Source of the DNA: Octopus bimaculoides
Taxonomy: Eukaryota
DNA length: 42,865 nucleotides
Reading direction: 5' to 3'
Assembly: GCF_001194135.2 (NCBI RefSeq)
Contig: NC_068995.1
Location: 44,854,636 to 44,897,500 of the forward strand
This document shows positions 23,124-35,290 of the stretch, piece after piece. The position numbers were made by a program, and so were the translations under genes. Below the pieces are notes generated by a model. That model had not been told where the DNA came from. It saw only the letters and a list, made by a program, of their open reading frames with translations, and made no database searches. The first letter of the stretch is position 1; every line of letters begins with the position of its first letter.

Positions 23124-23950
23124 ATCATCATCATCATCATCATCATCTCTTTTATTTGCCACAAGGGCAATGACAAAGGGACCTTATGAGGATAAATTAA
23201 CAAAACGAATGGAGTTGTTTGTGGGATCAAACCAGGAGGGAAGACAGTAGCACAGAAAACAACCTTTGTCCAAATTGAATGAAAGAACAGCAACATGCTC
23301 TGGGGTTGGCCCATTCACCCCAGAGTCATTCTCGATGCTCTACCCACCTTCTAATAAATTTACCAAAAGGGCAGCACTTGCATCATTAAGTGGAACTTAA
23401 AGGAGGTAATGAGAGATTGACCCGAAAGAGAAATGTTTTCAATATTACCAAAGGATCTCTTTTCCTGTGGGCATCAGATGGAGAAAAGAGGTCACTCTGT
23501 CTGTGCCCCTCCTGATTAAATGAATGCAGTGATGCAATACTCATAATAGACTTAGCTGATAACCAGATCCATACAACACATGACGACAGCTTCCGGCAAT
23601 ATTTGGACACTGAATGAGTCGGTGTAGGACGGTCTAAGCATTCATCTTTGACAGGCTTACTTGATGGTGTTACTGTAACTGTGCCTTTCTGAACTAGCAA
23701 TGCCCTCTAGTGGTGTTGCCAGGCATGGGATTTCTGGAAGGTATCGATAATCCTTAGGCTGGATGTCCTTCAGAATAGGCTGCTCAATTGCTGTTGATGA
23801 CCAGGGTCTGAGAACCTTGTTACTTTGGCTCTTCACTAAAACCTTTTGCTAGCTAATGAGGGGAGCCTCTCCAAAGTCGTTTGACCTGCTCCAAAAAGAA
23901 ATCATAGCTCAGATCACACTCTGTCATCTTAGAAAAGAAAACGTTGGATA
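23124..23950 (-). mobile_element. Decayed 3' end of an L1/Tx1-type LINE
   Basis: Minus strand: DTFQKSHAWQHH*RAL (23745-23700, zf-RVT-like), LSAKSIMSI..SFNQEG, LSGQSLITSFKFHL, KFIRRWV, then AATAAA (23156-23151) and a (GAT)n tail. Multiple stops and frameshifts; the 5' limit is uncertain. Confidence 0.55.
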
Positions 23951-24159
23951 ATATGGATAATAGAGGCTGGATGTGAAAATCAATTCGAAAGTTAAACATG
24001 AATATAATGTAGTCCTTAGAATTCATCTAGGTGAGCAGTAGCCCCAAATATGAACTGACTTCAATCATGGCGATCCTTCCAACCCATGCCGGTATTCAAA
24101 GTAGGAGTAAAACTGATAATGATTAAGCCTTTACCTTCTTCAGTAATTTCCATAAAAGT

Positions 24160-24672
24160 TTGGCATAGAGGGTACTGGTCTATAAAAATTTAACATTGGG
24201 AATGCTAGTCCCTAAATATTTAATATAATGGGGCACTAGTCTATACATAAATATTTAAGTCATGTGGTTCAGTGGTTACAGTAATTGGCTCATGATCGTA
24301 AGGTCATGAGTTCAATTCCTAGTGATGCATTGTGTCCTTGAGCAAGACACTTTATTTTACATTGTTTCAGTCCACTTGGCTGGAAAAAATGAGTTGTACC
24401 TGTATTTTAAAGGGCCAGTCTTGTCATACTCTGTGTTACACTGAATATCTCTGAGAACTATTTTAAGGGTACATATGTCTGTGGAATGCTCAACCATTTA
24501 CACATTAATTTCACAAGCAAGCTGTTCCGTTAATCGGATCAACTGGGACCCTCATCGTCATAAGTGACAGAGTGCTAGATATCTCCCTAAGTATTTAACA
24601 TAAGGGTTTGCTGTACCTAGATATTTAACATAAGAGCACTGGTCCATAATTTGATATAGGGGTCACTAGTCC
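24160..24672. repeat. Degenerate ~30-bp tandem repeat (atttaacataagggcactagtc) interrupted by a SINE
   Basis: About 3 units at 24160-24258 and about 3 units at 24585-24672. Confidence 0.6.
24260..24578 (+). mobile_element. tRNA-derived SINE with Meta-like domain (ttgtgtccttgagcaagacacttta..cagtccac)
   Basis: A box tggttcagtgg, B box gagttcaattcc, about 320-bp body. Confidence 0.75.
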
Positions 24673-24896
24673 AAGCAAGTGTATGATTATGGAGGCACAT
24701 TCTGGATGCGATAGAATGAAAAAATAATAATGCCACTGCACAAATTTATTTTCTATTTGATTAAAATAATCTGCTGGAATTTATTTCTTTACCGTTCCAA
24801 GCCATTTGCCATTCAGTGAAAGGACATTGGGCTTCAAAAGTTCAAGAGCTGTATATTAGTCTAGCCTTAAGGCTTGGGAGGTTAGAACCCTAATAT

Positions 24897-25107
24897 ATTG
24901 GTTTCATATTTTGACAGAAGGCCACCAATTTCATGGAAGTGGGTTAAGTCAATTACCTGAACCCCAGTGCTTAGCTAGTACATTTTCGACCCCAAGAGGA
25001 TGAAAGGCAAAGTTGACTTTGGTGGAATTTGAAATTAGAATGTAGAGACACGAAATACTGCTTAGCATTTTGCCTGGCATGCTAACAATTCTGCCAGCGT
25101 GCCGCTT
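24897..25107 (-). mobile_element. Family-1 SINE, solitary, with short TSD
   Basis: ACCCTAATA at 24887-24895 and 25114-25122. Confidence 0.8.
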
Positions 25108-26395
25108 TTTAAGACCCTAATACATTACTCTTAATAAGTCTTGTGTTTTCTATATCATATAATATGACAGACAATAACGGTACGCCCCTTATATTAAAGA
25201 TAAACTGCACCAAATGTTGATATGATTCCCACAAGTGCTGCCTTTGTGGTTATGTTGATATCTGTGTGAAGATATCTTGGAGAATCAACCAGTCGATTTG
25301 CCGATCTATATAAGTTTCTGTAGTACGTTAAAACATATTTGTGTTGTTGATTAAGTCTGTTCTGCTCCCTGGGCTCTGGGAATCTCAACATTCTCTCTCG
25401 TTTTAAATCTATTTTATTCCATCATCGTTTACAATTTCCAGGTGGAGAGAGAGAATGTGAAAGAATTGCTATATTTGGTAACTAGAATATTGAAATATGT
25501 GCAATGAGAAAGCGAGAGAAGGAAGGGGTGTGTGACAAGATAAATATGGTAATTCTTGGAGAAGCTTTCGAAGATGAAAGAAGAAAAGGAAAAAAAAAAT
25601 AAGTGAAGATTGCAAATATTATATGTTCTTTAAAGATGAAAGATAAAGAAGGGGGAGAAAAAAAAAATGATTGCGATGCTGAAGTAGTGAAAATTAGAGA
25701 AATGAAGTGAGCCGCAAGTCTGCTGTAAGAGCTTCTGAGGTAGCACTGTTCAATAAGTCTACTCATTCTTACTTNNNNNNNNNNNNNNNNNNNNNNNNNN
25801 NNNNNNNNNNNNNNNNNNNNNNNNNNNNNNNNNNNNNNNNNNNNNNNNNNNNNNNNNNNNNNNNNNNNNNNNNNNNNNNNNNNNNNNNNNNNNNNNNNNN
25901 NNNNNNNNNNNNNNNNNNNNNNNNNNNNNNNNNNNNNNNNNNNNNNNNNNNNNNNNNNNNNNNNNNNNNNNNNNNNNNNNNNNNNNNNNNNNNNNNNNNN
26001 NNNNNNNNNNNNNNNNNNNNNNNNNNNNNNNNGAGGGGAGATTTGTTTTATTTCAAGAAACAGGAATTATTTCTTGTGTTTAATATAGCTGTGTTCTTAT
26101 CTCAAATCTCTTTATATTACAGCAATAATCACATGGTGAGGGGTGGGGGGTTATTATGATTGTAATAGTGTGTTGATGATGGAGATGGCGGTGGCAGTAG
26201 TGGTTGTGATCGTGATAATGTGGTGGTGGTGGTGGGTTAGGATCTTACAGCACATCATTATTTCTGATGCATTGTTTTTCAACTCACTATCAGGAATAGT
26301 ATTTCCTTTGCAAAGATGGTTAGGAAAATGTGGTGCTTATTAACATTACATTTTCTTAACTGTAACCTTGACAACATAAACGAATGTGTATCTGT

Positions 26396-26428
<33 letters not shown>

Positions 26429-27188
26429 GTTTAACATCCATTCTCCATGCTGGCATGGGTTGGATGGTTTGATAGGATCTAGCAAGCCAGAGAGTTGCAC
26501 CAGGCTCTAATTCTTCTGTTTTGGGTTGGTTTCTATGACTGGGTGCATTTCCTAACACCAACCACTCCACAAAGTGGACTGGGTGTTGTTTAGGTGGCAC
26601 CAGCACAGGTGTTTTTTATGTGGCACTAGCATGGGTGTATTTTATGTAGCACCAACATGGGTGCTTTTTATGTGGCACCATCATGTATATAACGTGTATA
26701 TGTGTGTATCCTCTTCATCATTTTTAATATGCACTTTTTTACTAGCTTAAATGAGTCATAGAATTCACTGAAGCTCATATTTTCTACAGCCAGATGCCCT
26801 CGCTGTTGCTAACCCTCACACATTTCAAAAGTGGTTAATATTTCCTTATAGCTGGGCATGTTTACGCGGAAGATTGCAAATGAAGGATTCCACTTCTATG
26901 ACAGCGACACTTGTTTATGACTATCAAGTAATATCACGACAAGGTGTGTGTGTATGTGTGTGCGCACGCACATGCACGTGTGCATGCAAACATGCATATA
27001 GATATAATGTCCTCATCATCATTTATGTCTGTTTTTTGTGCTGGCATTGGTTGGACAAGAGCTGGCAAGTCGGAAAGCTGCACCAAGCTCTGAGTGTCTG
27101 TTTTGACATGATTTCTATGGCAAGATGTCCTTCCTAATGCCAACCACTTTACAAAGTGTACTTGGTGCTTTTTTACATGCCACCAGCA
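26396..27188 (-). mobile_element. Two RTE-type 3'UTR fragments (26396-26680, 27013-27188) with another repeat between them
   Basis: Same tail and core motifs; the first copy has about four short ttttatgtggcacc units. Confidence 0.7.
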
Positions 27189-27477
27189 TGTATACATAGA
27201 GACATATATGTATATATACATATACAACAAGGCTTCTTTTCACTTTCTGGCCACCATAGATATGACACATGATAAAGAGCCACTTATTATAAGGAAGCCT
27301 ATACTTGGCCATCCACTTTTCTCCACTTTCTCAACTCTCGGTTGTTTTTCTCTTTCAGATCATGTTGGATTTGAATTGTCATTGATGCGTCTGTAACTTT
27401 GCTTTTTTTCTAGGGTGTTAGCCCTAGGTGCACTCAATTTTACCTTTGGGAAGAAGCGGCCTATATTAGTCTGGCCT

Positions 27478-27835
27478 TAAGGTGTGGCTGTGTGGTAAGA
27501 GCTTGCTACCCAACCACATGGTTCCAGTTTCAGTCCCACTGTGTGTCTTCTGTTATAGCCTCAGGCTGACCAAGGCCTTGTGAGTGGATTTGGTAGATGG
27601 AAACTGAAAGATGTCCATCAAGTGTGTGTGTGTGTGTGTGTGTGCATATATATATATCTGTATGTGTTTGTGCCTGTGTTTGTACCCTGCCACACTTGAC
27701 AACCAGTGTTGGTGTGTTTACATCCCTCATAACTTAGCCATTCAGCAGGAGAGACCAATAGAATAAGTACTGGGAGTCGATTCAAGTGACTAAAAATCCT
27801 TCAAGGTAATGACTGAAACAATAAAATGCATGATA
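27478..27835 (+). mobile_element. Family-2 SINE
   Basis: ggctgtgtggtaagagcttgc..gtgagtggatttggtagatggaaactgaaag..aacttagccattcagc..aatgactgaaacaataaaa. Confidence 0.8.
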
Positions 27836-27936
27836 GGAAATATTGTGGAATTTAATACCCAGATCTTGAGTTTGTTGACCTATAGAGTGATCTAGAGTGG
27901 TCAGCCATCACTGAGGTCTTTGCTTTTATCATCTTT

Positions 27937-28143
27937 ATCATCATCATCATTTAACATCAGTTTTTCATGCTGGCATGGGTTGGACAGTTCGACAGGAGTT
28001 GGTAAGGCCGGGGGAGGTACCAGACTCCATTGTCTGTTTTGGCTTGGTTTCTACAGCTAGGTGCCCTTCCTAATGCCACCCACTTTACTGAGTGTACTGG
28101 TTGCTTTTCACATGGTACCAGCATTGGTGCTTTCTATGTGACA
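27937..28143 (-). mobile_element. RTE-type 3'UTR fragment
   Basis: catcatcatttaacatc..catgctggcatgggttggacag..cccttcctaatgcc. Confidence 0.75.
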
Positions 28144-28189
28144 CCAATACACACACACACACACACACACTGTCACATACACATATGAC

Positions 28190-28345
28190 AGACCTGTTTT
28201 GGTTTCTGTCTACCAAATCCACTCCTACAGCTTTGGTTGGCCTGGGGCTACAGTAGAAGATAGTTGCCCAAGGTACCATTCTGTGGGATTGAACCCAAGA
28301 TTTCATGGTTGGGAAGCAAGCTTCTCAACCGCACAGTCACACATG
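28190..28345 (-). mobile_element. Family-2 SINE 5' fragment
   Basis: gtctaccaaatccactc..gctacagtagaagatagttgcccaaggtacc..gggattgaaccc. Confidence 0.7.
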
Positions 28346-29451
28346 CACCTGTGTGTGTATGTGCATGCACACATTTATATGTGTGTGCATGTGCATCAAT
28401 GCTTATATATTCCACCTCACTACCACTTTAACAAAGCGATGCCTGATGGCATTTCTTGTAGTCATTATGACTGGTCACTCTGTGGTTTCAAAAACCTGTG
28501 CATTAAAGATGTCCCTTACCTGGAAAACAAGTATGGGTAGGTGACAGGAAGAGTGCCTAGCTGTAGAATCCTATCCAAAATAAATCTTAGTCCAAACCCA
28601 TGTTAGCTTGGAAAAAAAAAACAGACATTGAATGAAAACATTTCTAGACATTTTGTTTAAAGGGTTATTCCCTCTGCATGGTATAGCCATAGCTTGACCA
28701 GTGCTTTGTGAGTGGAATTTGGGAGGTGGAAACTGGAAGAAGCTTGTCATGCATATAATGTGTGTGTGTGTGCTTAATGTAAATGAAAGTGACTGTTCAT
28801 ACAAAAGCATAATTTATGTGCACATGTGCACACACGAGAGAGAGAGAGAAGTAAAGGAGGAGGAGAAGAAGAAGAAGGAGGAGGAGGAGAAATGTGAAAA
28901 TGAGTGGAAAATGGCTTTTGTAGAGTGAATGGGTTGACTGAAATATCTGGTAAAATATTTAAAATACAAAAACTGAGGTCAATAACGCGTAAAATATAAA
29001 TTGCTATTGGGAAAACAAATTTGATAATCTTCTCCTAGTAATAATACTTCAATTTTCTCTCCCTCACTGTCTTGCTTTCTCCTTTCTTCCTTTCCTTTCT
29101 CTCTTACGATTTTCCATAGAATTGCTGTGAACCCATTATTATTATAAACTTATTGTTTGTCTTCTCGTGTTTCTTAATTATGTTGAAGATGGAGATAAAA
29201 TGGTAGATTATTTAAACTAAGACAGGATTTTCCACTCAATCTGCTGGTGCCGATTCAAAAGTCACTCTAGGCTAACAACAAAAGTCTGTTGAGTTTTTTC
29301 ATGAATGCCACTTCATCTACTCTGTCCTTTCTGTCATAATTGAGTCCCTCAACACCTGACAAAAAAGCCCTTCCCCACTCTCTACTCCATCTCCACTCAA
29401 TTGGAGATTTCTATTTTCTTTGTCTTGCAAAATTACTTGAAGACCTCACTG

Positions 29452-29785
29452 ATGTTGATGCCATGAAAAACACACAAAAAAAAAAACAGCATTCAGTACA
29501 CTCTGTAAAGTGTTTGCATCCATTAGGAAGGGCATCCAGTTATAGAAACCTTGTGAAAACAGACGTTGGAGCTTGATGCAGTCCTCTAGTTCATCAGATT
29601 CTGTCAAGCCATCCAACCTGTACTGGAATGATGCCCTGCATTTTGCCATCATCTCTCCTGCTCTCTCTTAGACTACTGCTGCCTCCCACTCTCTCACTCC
29701 TTCTCCTCCTTCAGGCTAGGTAACCATGTATCTCATTTACAGCAGCACACCTGTTTCTGTCCTCATCTCTCTCTCTCTTTCTCTC

Positions 29786-29817
<32 letters not shown>

Positions 29818-30236
29818 CCTCCCCTACAGCAAGACATGTTTCTGTCTCACTATAAACTTTCATCATCTGTCACAAGATCCTCTCCTTCAGTGCCCCCACC
29901 TTCTCAAAGGATCTTTGTCTTGCAAGCTATTGGGTGTTCTTGTCAGTGCTGGTGCCACGTAAAAAGCATCCAGTCTGCACTGTAAAGTGTGGCATTTGGA
30001 AGGGTATCCAGCTGTAAAAACCATACCGAAACTGACCTCACCTGTGCTGGTGCCACGTAAAAAACCCCCACTCAGTCCACTCTGCTGGGTGTTTGGTGTT
30101 AGGAAGGGCATCCAGCCATAAAAGCCATGCCAAAACAGACATAGAAGTCTGGTGTGGGCTCCAGCCTGGCCAGTTCCTGTCAAACCATCCAACCCATGCC
30201 AGCATGGAAAGTGGATGTTAAATGATGATGATGATA
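29452..30236 (+). mobile_element. Two RTE-type 3'UTR fragments (29452-29652, 29925-30236), the second with an internal ~100-bp duplication
   Basis: ttaggaagggcatccag cores; gtgctggtgccacgtaaaaa at about 29949 and 30044; tail gttaaatgatgatgatgat. Confidence 0.75.
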
Positions 30237-30823
30237 GTGGCAGCAGCGGCAATTCAAAATAAAATAGTAAAGACAGCATCAAAACTATATTCTTTTAATT
30301 TTATTTCAGTCATTGTACAGTCATTGCACCACATCAAACAGTTTAGTCAATCAAATATTAAAACAAAAGTGTAACATAATAAAAAGAATAAGTATTTTAT
30401 AATATTATTTAAATGCTGAAGAGATTTCTGAATATGCATGCGTATACGCACACATGCGCATGCACATGGTAGATTGCTGCAGAAATTCAAACAATGCACC
30501 TAGTTAGTTCTCTTTACTTTTAAAATCTCTCAAGTGCAAAATGCTTAATTTCATTTCAAGAGATGGTGAGAGACTGGAAAATTTAAAACTCACACTTAAC
30601 TCAATCTATTTATCTCTGTCTGTCTGACTACTTTGTCTGTCTGTTCATCCACCCATATATTCATCTCCCTTTCTGTCTGTCTGTTTATCTGTTTGTTTGT
30701 TTGTTTGTCTGTCTGTTTGTCTATTTCTTGATCTGTCACTTTATCTATTTGTCTAGTTATGTGTCTATGTATCTACCCATCTTTTTTTCTCTCTCTCTCC
30801 CTCTTCTCATTTATATATATGTG

Positions 30824-30859
<36 letters not shown>

Positions 30860-31717
30860 GAGAGAGAGAGAGGTTTGGTGATACAAACAGGAAAATAGAA
30901 CTCAAAACATGAGCGTGTGTAAATGTATGGTATCATGCACAGGTACTTATCAACATGCCAATGCATGAACTTCTTGGCCCTCAAGTCATTGTGTAACTGA
31001 TACTGGTTATTAAATACATATATANNNNNNNNNNNNNNNNNNNNNNNNNNNNNNNNNNNNNNNNNNNNNNNNNNNNNNNNNNNNNNNNNNNNNNNNNNNN
31101 NNNNNNNNNNNNNNNNNNNNNNNNNNNNNNNNNNNNNNNNNNNNNNNNNNNNNNNNNNNNNNNNNNNNNNNNNNNNNNNNNNNNNNNNNNNNNNNNNNNN
31201 NNNNNNNNNNNNNNNNNNNNNNNNNNNNNNNNNNNNNNNNNNNNNNNNNNNNNNNNNNNNNNNNNNNNNNNNNNNNNNNNNNNNNNNNNNNNNNNNNNNN
31301 NNNNNNNNNNNNNNNNNNNNNNNNNNNNNNNNNNNNNNNNNNNNNNNNNNNNNNNNNNNNNNNNNNNNNNNNNNNNNNNNNNNNNNNNNNNNNNNNNNNN
31401 NNNNNNNNNNNNNNNNNNNNNNNNNNNNNNNNNNNNNNNNNNNNNNNNNNNNNNNNNNNNNNNNNNNNNNNNNNNNNNNNNNNNNNNNNNNNNNNNNNNN
31501 NNNNNNNNNNNNNNNNNNNNNNNNNNNNNNNNNNNNNNNNNNNNNNNNNNNNNNNNNNNNNNNNNNNNNNNNNNNNNNNNNNNNNNNNNNNNNNNNNNNN
31601 NNNNNNNNNNNNNNNNNNNNNNNNNNNNNNNNNNNNNNNNNNNNNNNNNNNNNNNNNNNNNNNNNNNNNNNNNNNGGGGGGGGGTGCAAACACAGACACA
31701 CATGTAGAAATTTATAT

Positions 31718-31880
31718 AAGCAACAGGCTGTTTTCAGTTTCTGTCCTTCAAATCCACTCACAAAGCTTTGGTTGGCCTAGGGCTATAGTAGAAAACACCC
31801 AAGGTGCAATGCAGTGGGACTGAACCTGGGACCATGTGGTTGGGATGCAAACTTCTTACCACATACCCACACCTGCATCT
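31718..31880 (-). mobile_element. Family-2 SINE 5' fragment
   Basis: ttttcagtttctgtc..aaatccactcacaaagctttggttggcctagggctatagtagaa..gcagtgggactgaacc. Confidence 0.75.
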
Positions 31881-32599
31881 ATATATACATGCACAGACAT
31901 AGATAGATAAATAGGTATGCATGTTTTTATATATATATGTGTGTGTGTGTAATTCAGTAGTTTAAATCTTGCCTTGACAAAACAACCTTTCTAACCTTCC
32001 AAGAGAGATAAAACAGTTACCTGTTATATATCATTAGAGATTAATTTATGTCACCTGGGAGAGAATACAGGGAAATGAAGGTAAACTTCTCTGGTAGTTC
32101 CAAATAATTGTAGAAATGTGCATAAATTGTTATAATGGAATTATGGAAAATGTTGAAATAAATTGTGGTGTTTTAAACAAAATAACAAAACCAAATGAAT
32201 ACCTTGTTTTCTTTTCAGAGGATTAAGGTACAGGATTCGAGGTACCCTACTGTTGTACTTTGTTTTTCTATTTACCTTTGTTACCTTAGATGAAAATAGC
32301 CACCACACACATGGCATGTATACCATGATTTAGACTCATAATTCATAGGAAATTTACAAATTGATTATCTTGTGCTACACCAGTGGTTCTTAACTTAGGC
32401 AGTAGTGCCTGACTTCTTGGGGATGTTGTGGAGTTCATGCGGGTTAAGTAGTTTGTGGTTTTTCTTAGAAACGAAATACTTAATCCTTGAACATTTAAAC
32501 TGGCCATCTCTGGCCAAAATATTCCACTTGCTTTATGCTCAAACTGGCCAGATCAGGCGTCTTACACCTCCCTTACAATGTCATTTTGAAAATAAATCT

Positions 32600-32800
32600 G
32601 TCACATCATTGAAGGTTGGACACTTTGACAAGAGCTTGCAAGCCTGAGAGAGCTGCACCAGGCTCCAGTTGTCTGTTTTTGCATGGTTTTTACCGTTGGA
32701 TGCCCTTCCTAACACCAGTCACTTTACAAAGTGTACTGGGTTGGGTGCTTTTTTTACACTGCACCGGCACAAGTGCCTTTTATGTGGCACCAGCATCCAT
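32600..32800 (-). mobile_element. RTE-type 3'UTR fragment
   Basis: ggatgcccttcctaacacc..ctttacaaagtgtactgg..ttttatgtggcaccagca. Confidence 0.65.
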
Positions 32801-33819
32801 GCGCTTCAAAAGAAAAGGACCTCTCAGCTGAGAGAGAGAGAGAGAGGGAGTGGAACCAAGAGATTAAAACTTTCTATAGTCATTTCCATAACCATTTAAA
32901 CCGTTAGCTCCTCTATGATTAAAATAATTGAATTTATATATTTATTTATTTATTTCAAAATATTGGTTGACACAGGGTGGTGGTGTGGTGTGGGGGGTAG
33001 AGTACCATTCTGTGATGAGAGGCACTGAGCTCCCACCAGGTTGTGAACCACTGTGCTAGACTGACAAAGAGAATGGCAAACTATGTTGTGTCGTTAACAT
33101 TGTAACAATAATTCCTTCTCTCTGTTTCTAACAAGCTTTTGGAGTTGAGCTTATTTTTTTACAAAGTTGTTGTCACTCACCTGAATCTTAACTCATTAAT
33201 CATCATTCTCTATCTATCCATCTCTGTCCTCTCTCACTCTTGCTCATCTCTCACTCTCTCTGTCTGTTTTTACTACTACTACTACATTCCCAATTTAATC
33301 CACCTGTTACTTATCCTCCATCCATCATCTCATCACCAAAGCGTCCACCCCGTCCCACTCCCCATATAAAACAGCTTTATCCAACTACATCCAGGTTTTC
33401 ATTAACTGACCATTGATTGACCATTCCACTTTGTTAAATGACCATTTACTACATTTACTAGTTGTCTCGAGGGAGTGAGGGTCACTCAGCACTTAATAAC
33501 CCCCACCACCTCACATGCACACACCCTGCATGGTCACTCACCACCCCCACACATTCTGCAGTTACTTGTCACCCCTCCTCATGGTCACACACCACACCTG
33601 CACTTCTAGCTTTACTCACCTCTTCCTTACATTAATAAAAAAAGGATAATGCTGTAATCAAGATATTTTATATCAATTTTTCCATTTATTTTATTAAACC
33701 CTGTTTACTAAACATTATACTAAAGCCTTACTTTACAAAATCTTGTACTGAACCAGGGCTCATTATGCCTTGCTTAACTAAATCTTAATTTGCCAAACCT
33801 TAAACTGAACTTTAGTAAA

Positions 33820-34165
33820 AGGGTAAAAACCACCTTCAGTTATGAATAACCATGGCATTGCACCTCGGAAGTTCCCCTCTGAGGCACACAAGCCTGGCCA
33901 AAGTTGTTTATGGAAGACCAGCAGTTGCCCACACATATACCAGCCTACTCTCACCACGCCACCGATGTTATCCAAGGGAATGACAAAGGCCAATACAGCT
34001 TGGCACCACTGATGTTGCAACTCATTTCTACAGCTGAGTGAACTGGACAAACATGAAATAAAGAGTCTTGCTCAAGAACACAACACACAGCCTAGTGCAG
34101 GAATCGAACTCACTACCTCATGATTGTGAGCCTGATGCTCTAGCCACTGAGCCATGCACCTTCAC
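33820..34165 (-). mobile_element. tRNA-derived SINE with Meta-like domain, different 3' body
   Basis: Minus strand: ggtgcatggctcagtggctagag..gagttcgattcc..gttgtgttcttgagcaagactcttta..cagttcactcagctgtagaaatgagt. Confidence 0.75.
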
Positions 34166-34182
34166 GCTGAGCTTTTGAACAT

Positions 34183-34560
34183 ACTCTTTTACTCGTTTCA
34201 GTTATTTGACTGTGGCCATGCTGGAGCACCGCCTTTAGTCGAGCAATTCGACTCCAGGACTTATTCTTTGTAAGCCTAGTACTTATTCTATCGGCCTGTC
34301 TTGCTAAACCGCTAAGTTACGGGGACCTAAACACACCAGCATCGGTTGTCAAGTGATGTTGGGGGGACAAACACAGACACACACATACATATATACGACG
34401 GGCTTCTTTCAGTTTCCGTCTACCAAATCCACTCACAAGGCTTTGGTCGGCCCGAGGCTATAGTAGAAGACACTTGCCCAAGGTACCATGCAGTGGGACT
34501 GAACCCCGAACCATATAGTTCGTAAGCAAGCTACTTACCACACAGCCACTCCTACGCCTA
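34183..34560 (-). mobile_element. Near full-length young 'family-2' tRNA-derived SINE (CORE-like ccttgggcaagtg block, internal TA/TG microsatellite)
   Basis: Minus strand: ggctgtgtggtaagtagcttgc..gggttcagtcccactgcatggtaccttgggcaagtgtcttctactatagcctcgggccgaccaaagccttgtgagtggatttggtagacggaaactgaaagaagcccgtcg...ctccagcatggccacagtcaaataactgaaacgagtaaaagag. Confidence 0.9.
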
Positions 34561-35244
34561 CATTTTAGTAAACCTTACTTAAAACCTCATTTTACTAAAC
34601 CTTACTTCAAACTTTCTTCTAAACCTTAGCTTACTAAATGTTTCAAACATGACAAATAAGAGAAATTACTCCTGTTTCTTAAATTTCATTTAGTTTGATG
34701 TTAAAAATTGAACATTTTCATATATTTTCTCTAGAATCATAGATGCACAAGAATGCATCAGTTTGATCTTGATAGCCGAACTATAATGTGGTGATCACAC
34801 TTTGATAGAGGCACTTAGTATTGTGGTCACATTTTGATAGACACCCTATGGCTGTTACATGTCTGTAAATGGACTTTGTGGTACCTCTATGCATAATACA
34901 TTGATTAATAGGGTACCTCTGTAGATAGCACCGACCATTAACACACTCGATGAGAAATACAAAAAACTTTGCACAATTAATCCTGTTTGCTTTCCTGATT
35001 TTTCTTAGATCAGATTTTGTGTGTGTATATGTGTATATATATGCATATGTGGTATGTTTATGCATCTGCTTGGATGTATTTTTGTGCTGTTTGTCACTAA
35101 TGCTAATTAATCTTAACAAGTGCTAACACATCCCCCCCACCTCTTAGTCACTCATCAGTTGACAATCCTCCCGACATCAACCCACAGATGTAAAGACGTG
35201 TGTGCTTGTATATGGGTATGTGTGTGCATACACATACACACACA

Positions 35245-35290
<46 letters not shown>

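Noticed and set aside
23386-23700. 104-aa minus-strand ORF as a nested gene
   Set aside because: It is a patchwork of frames from the decayed L1/Tx1-type LINE and has no splice or start context.
27359-27392. Cryptic 34-nt poison exon (tttttctctttcAG..CT|GTAACT)
   Set aside because: Good acceptor but weak donor context; such matches are expected in a 25-kb intron.
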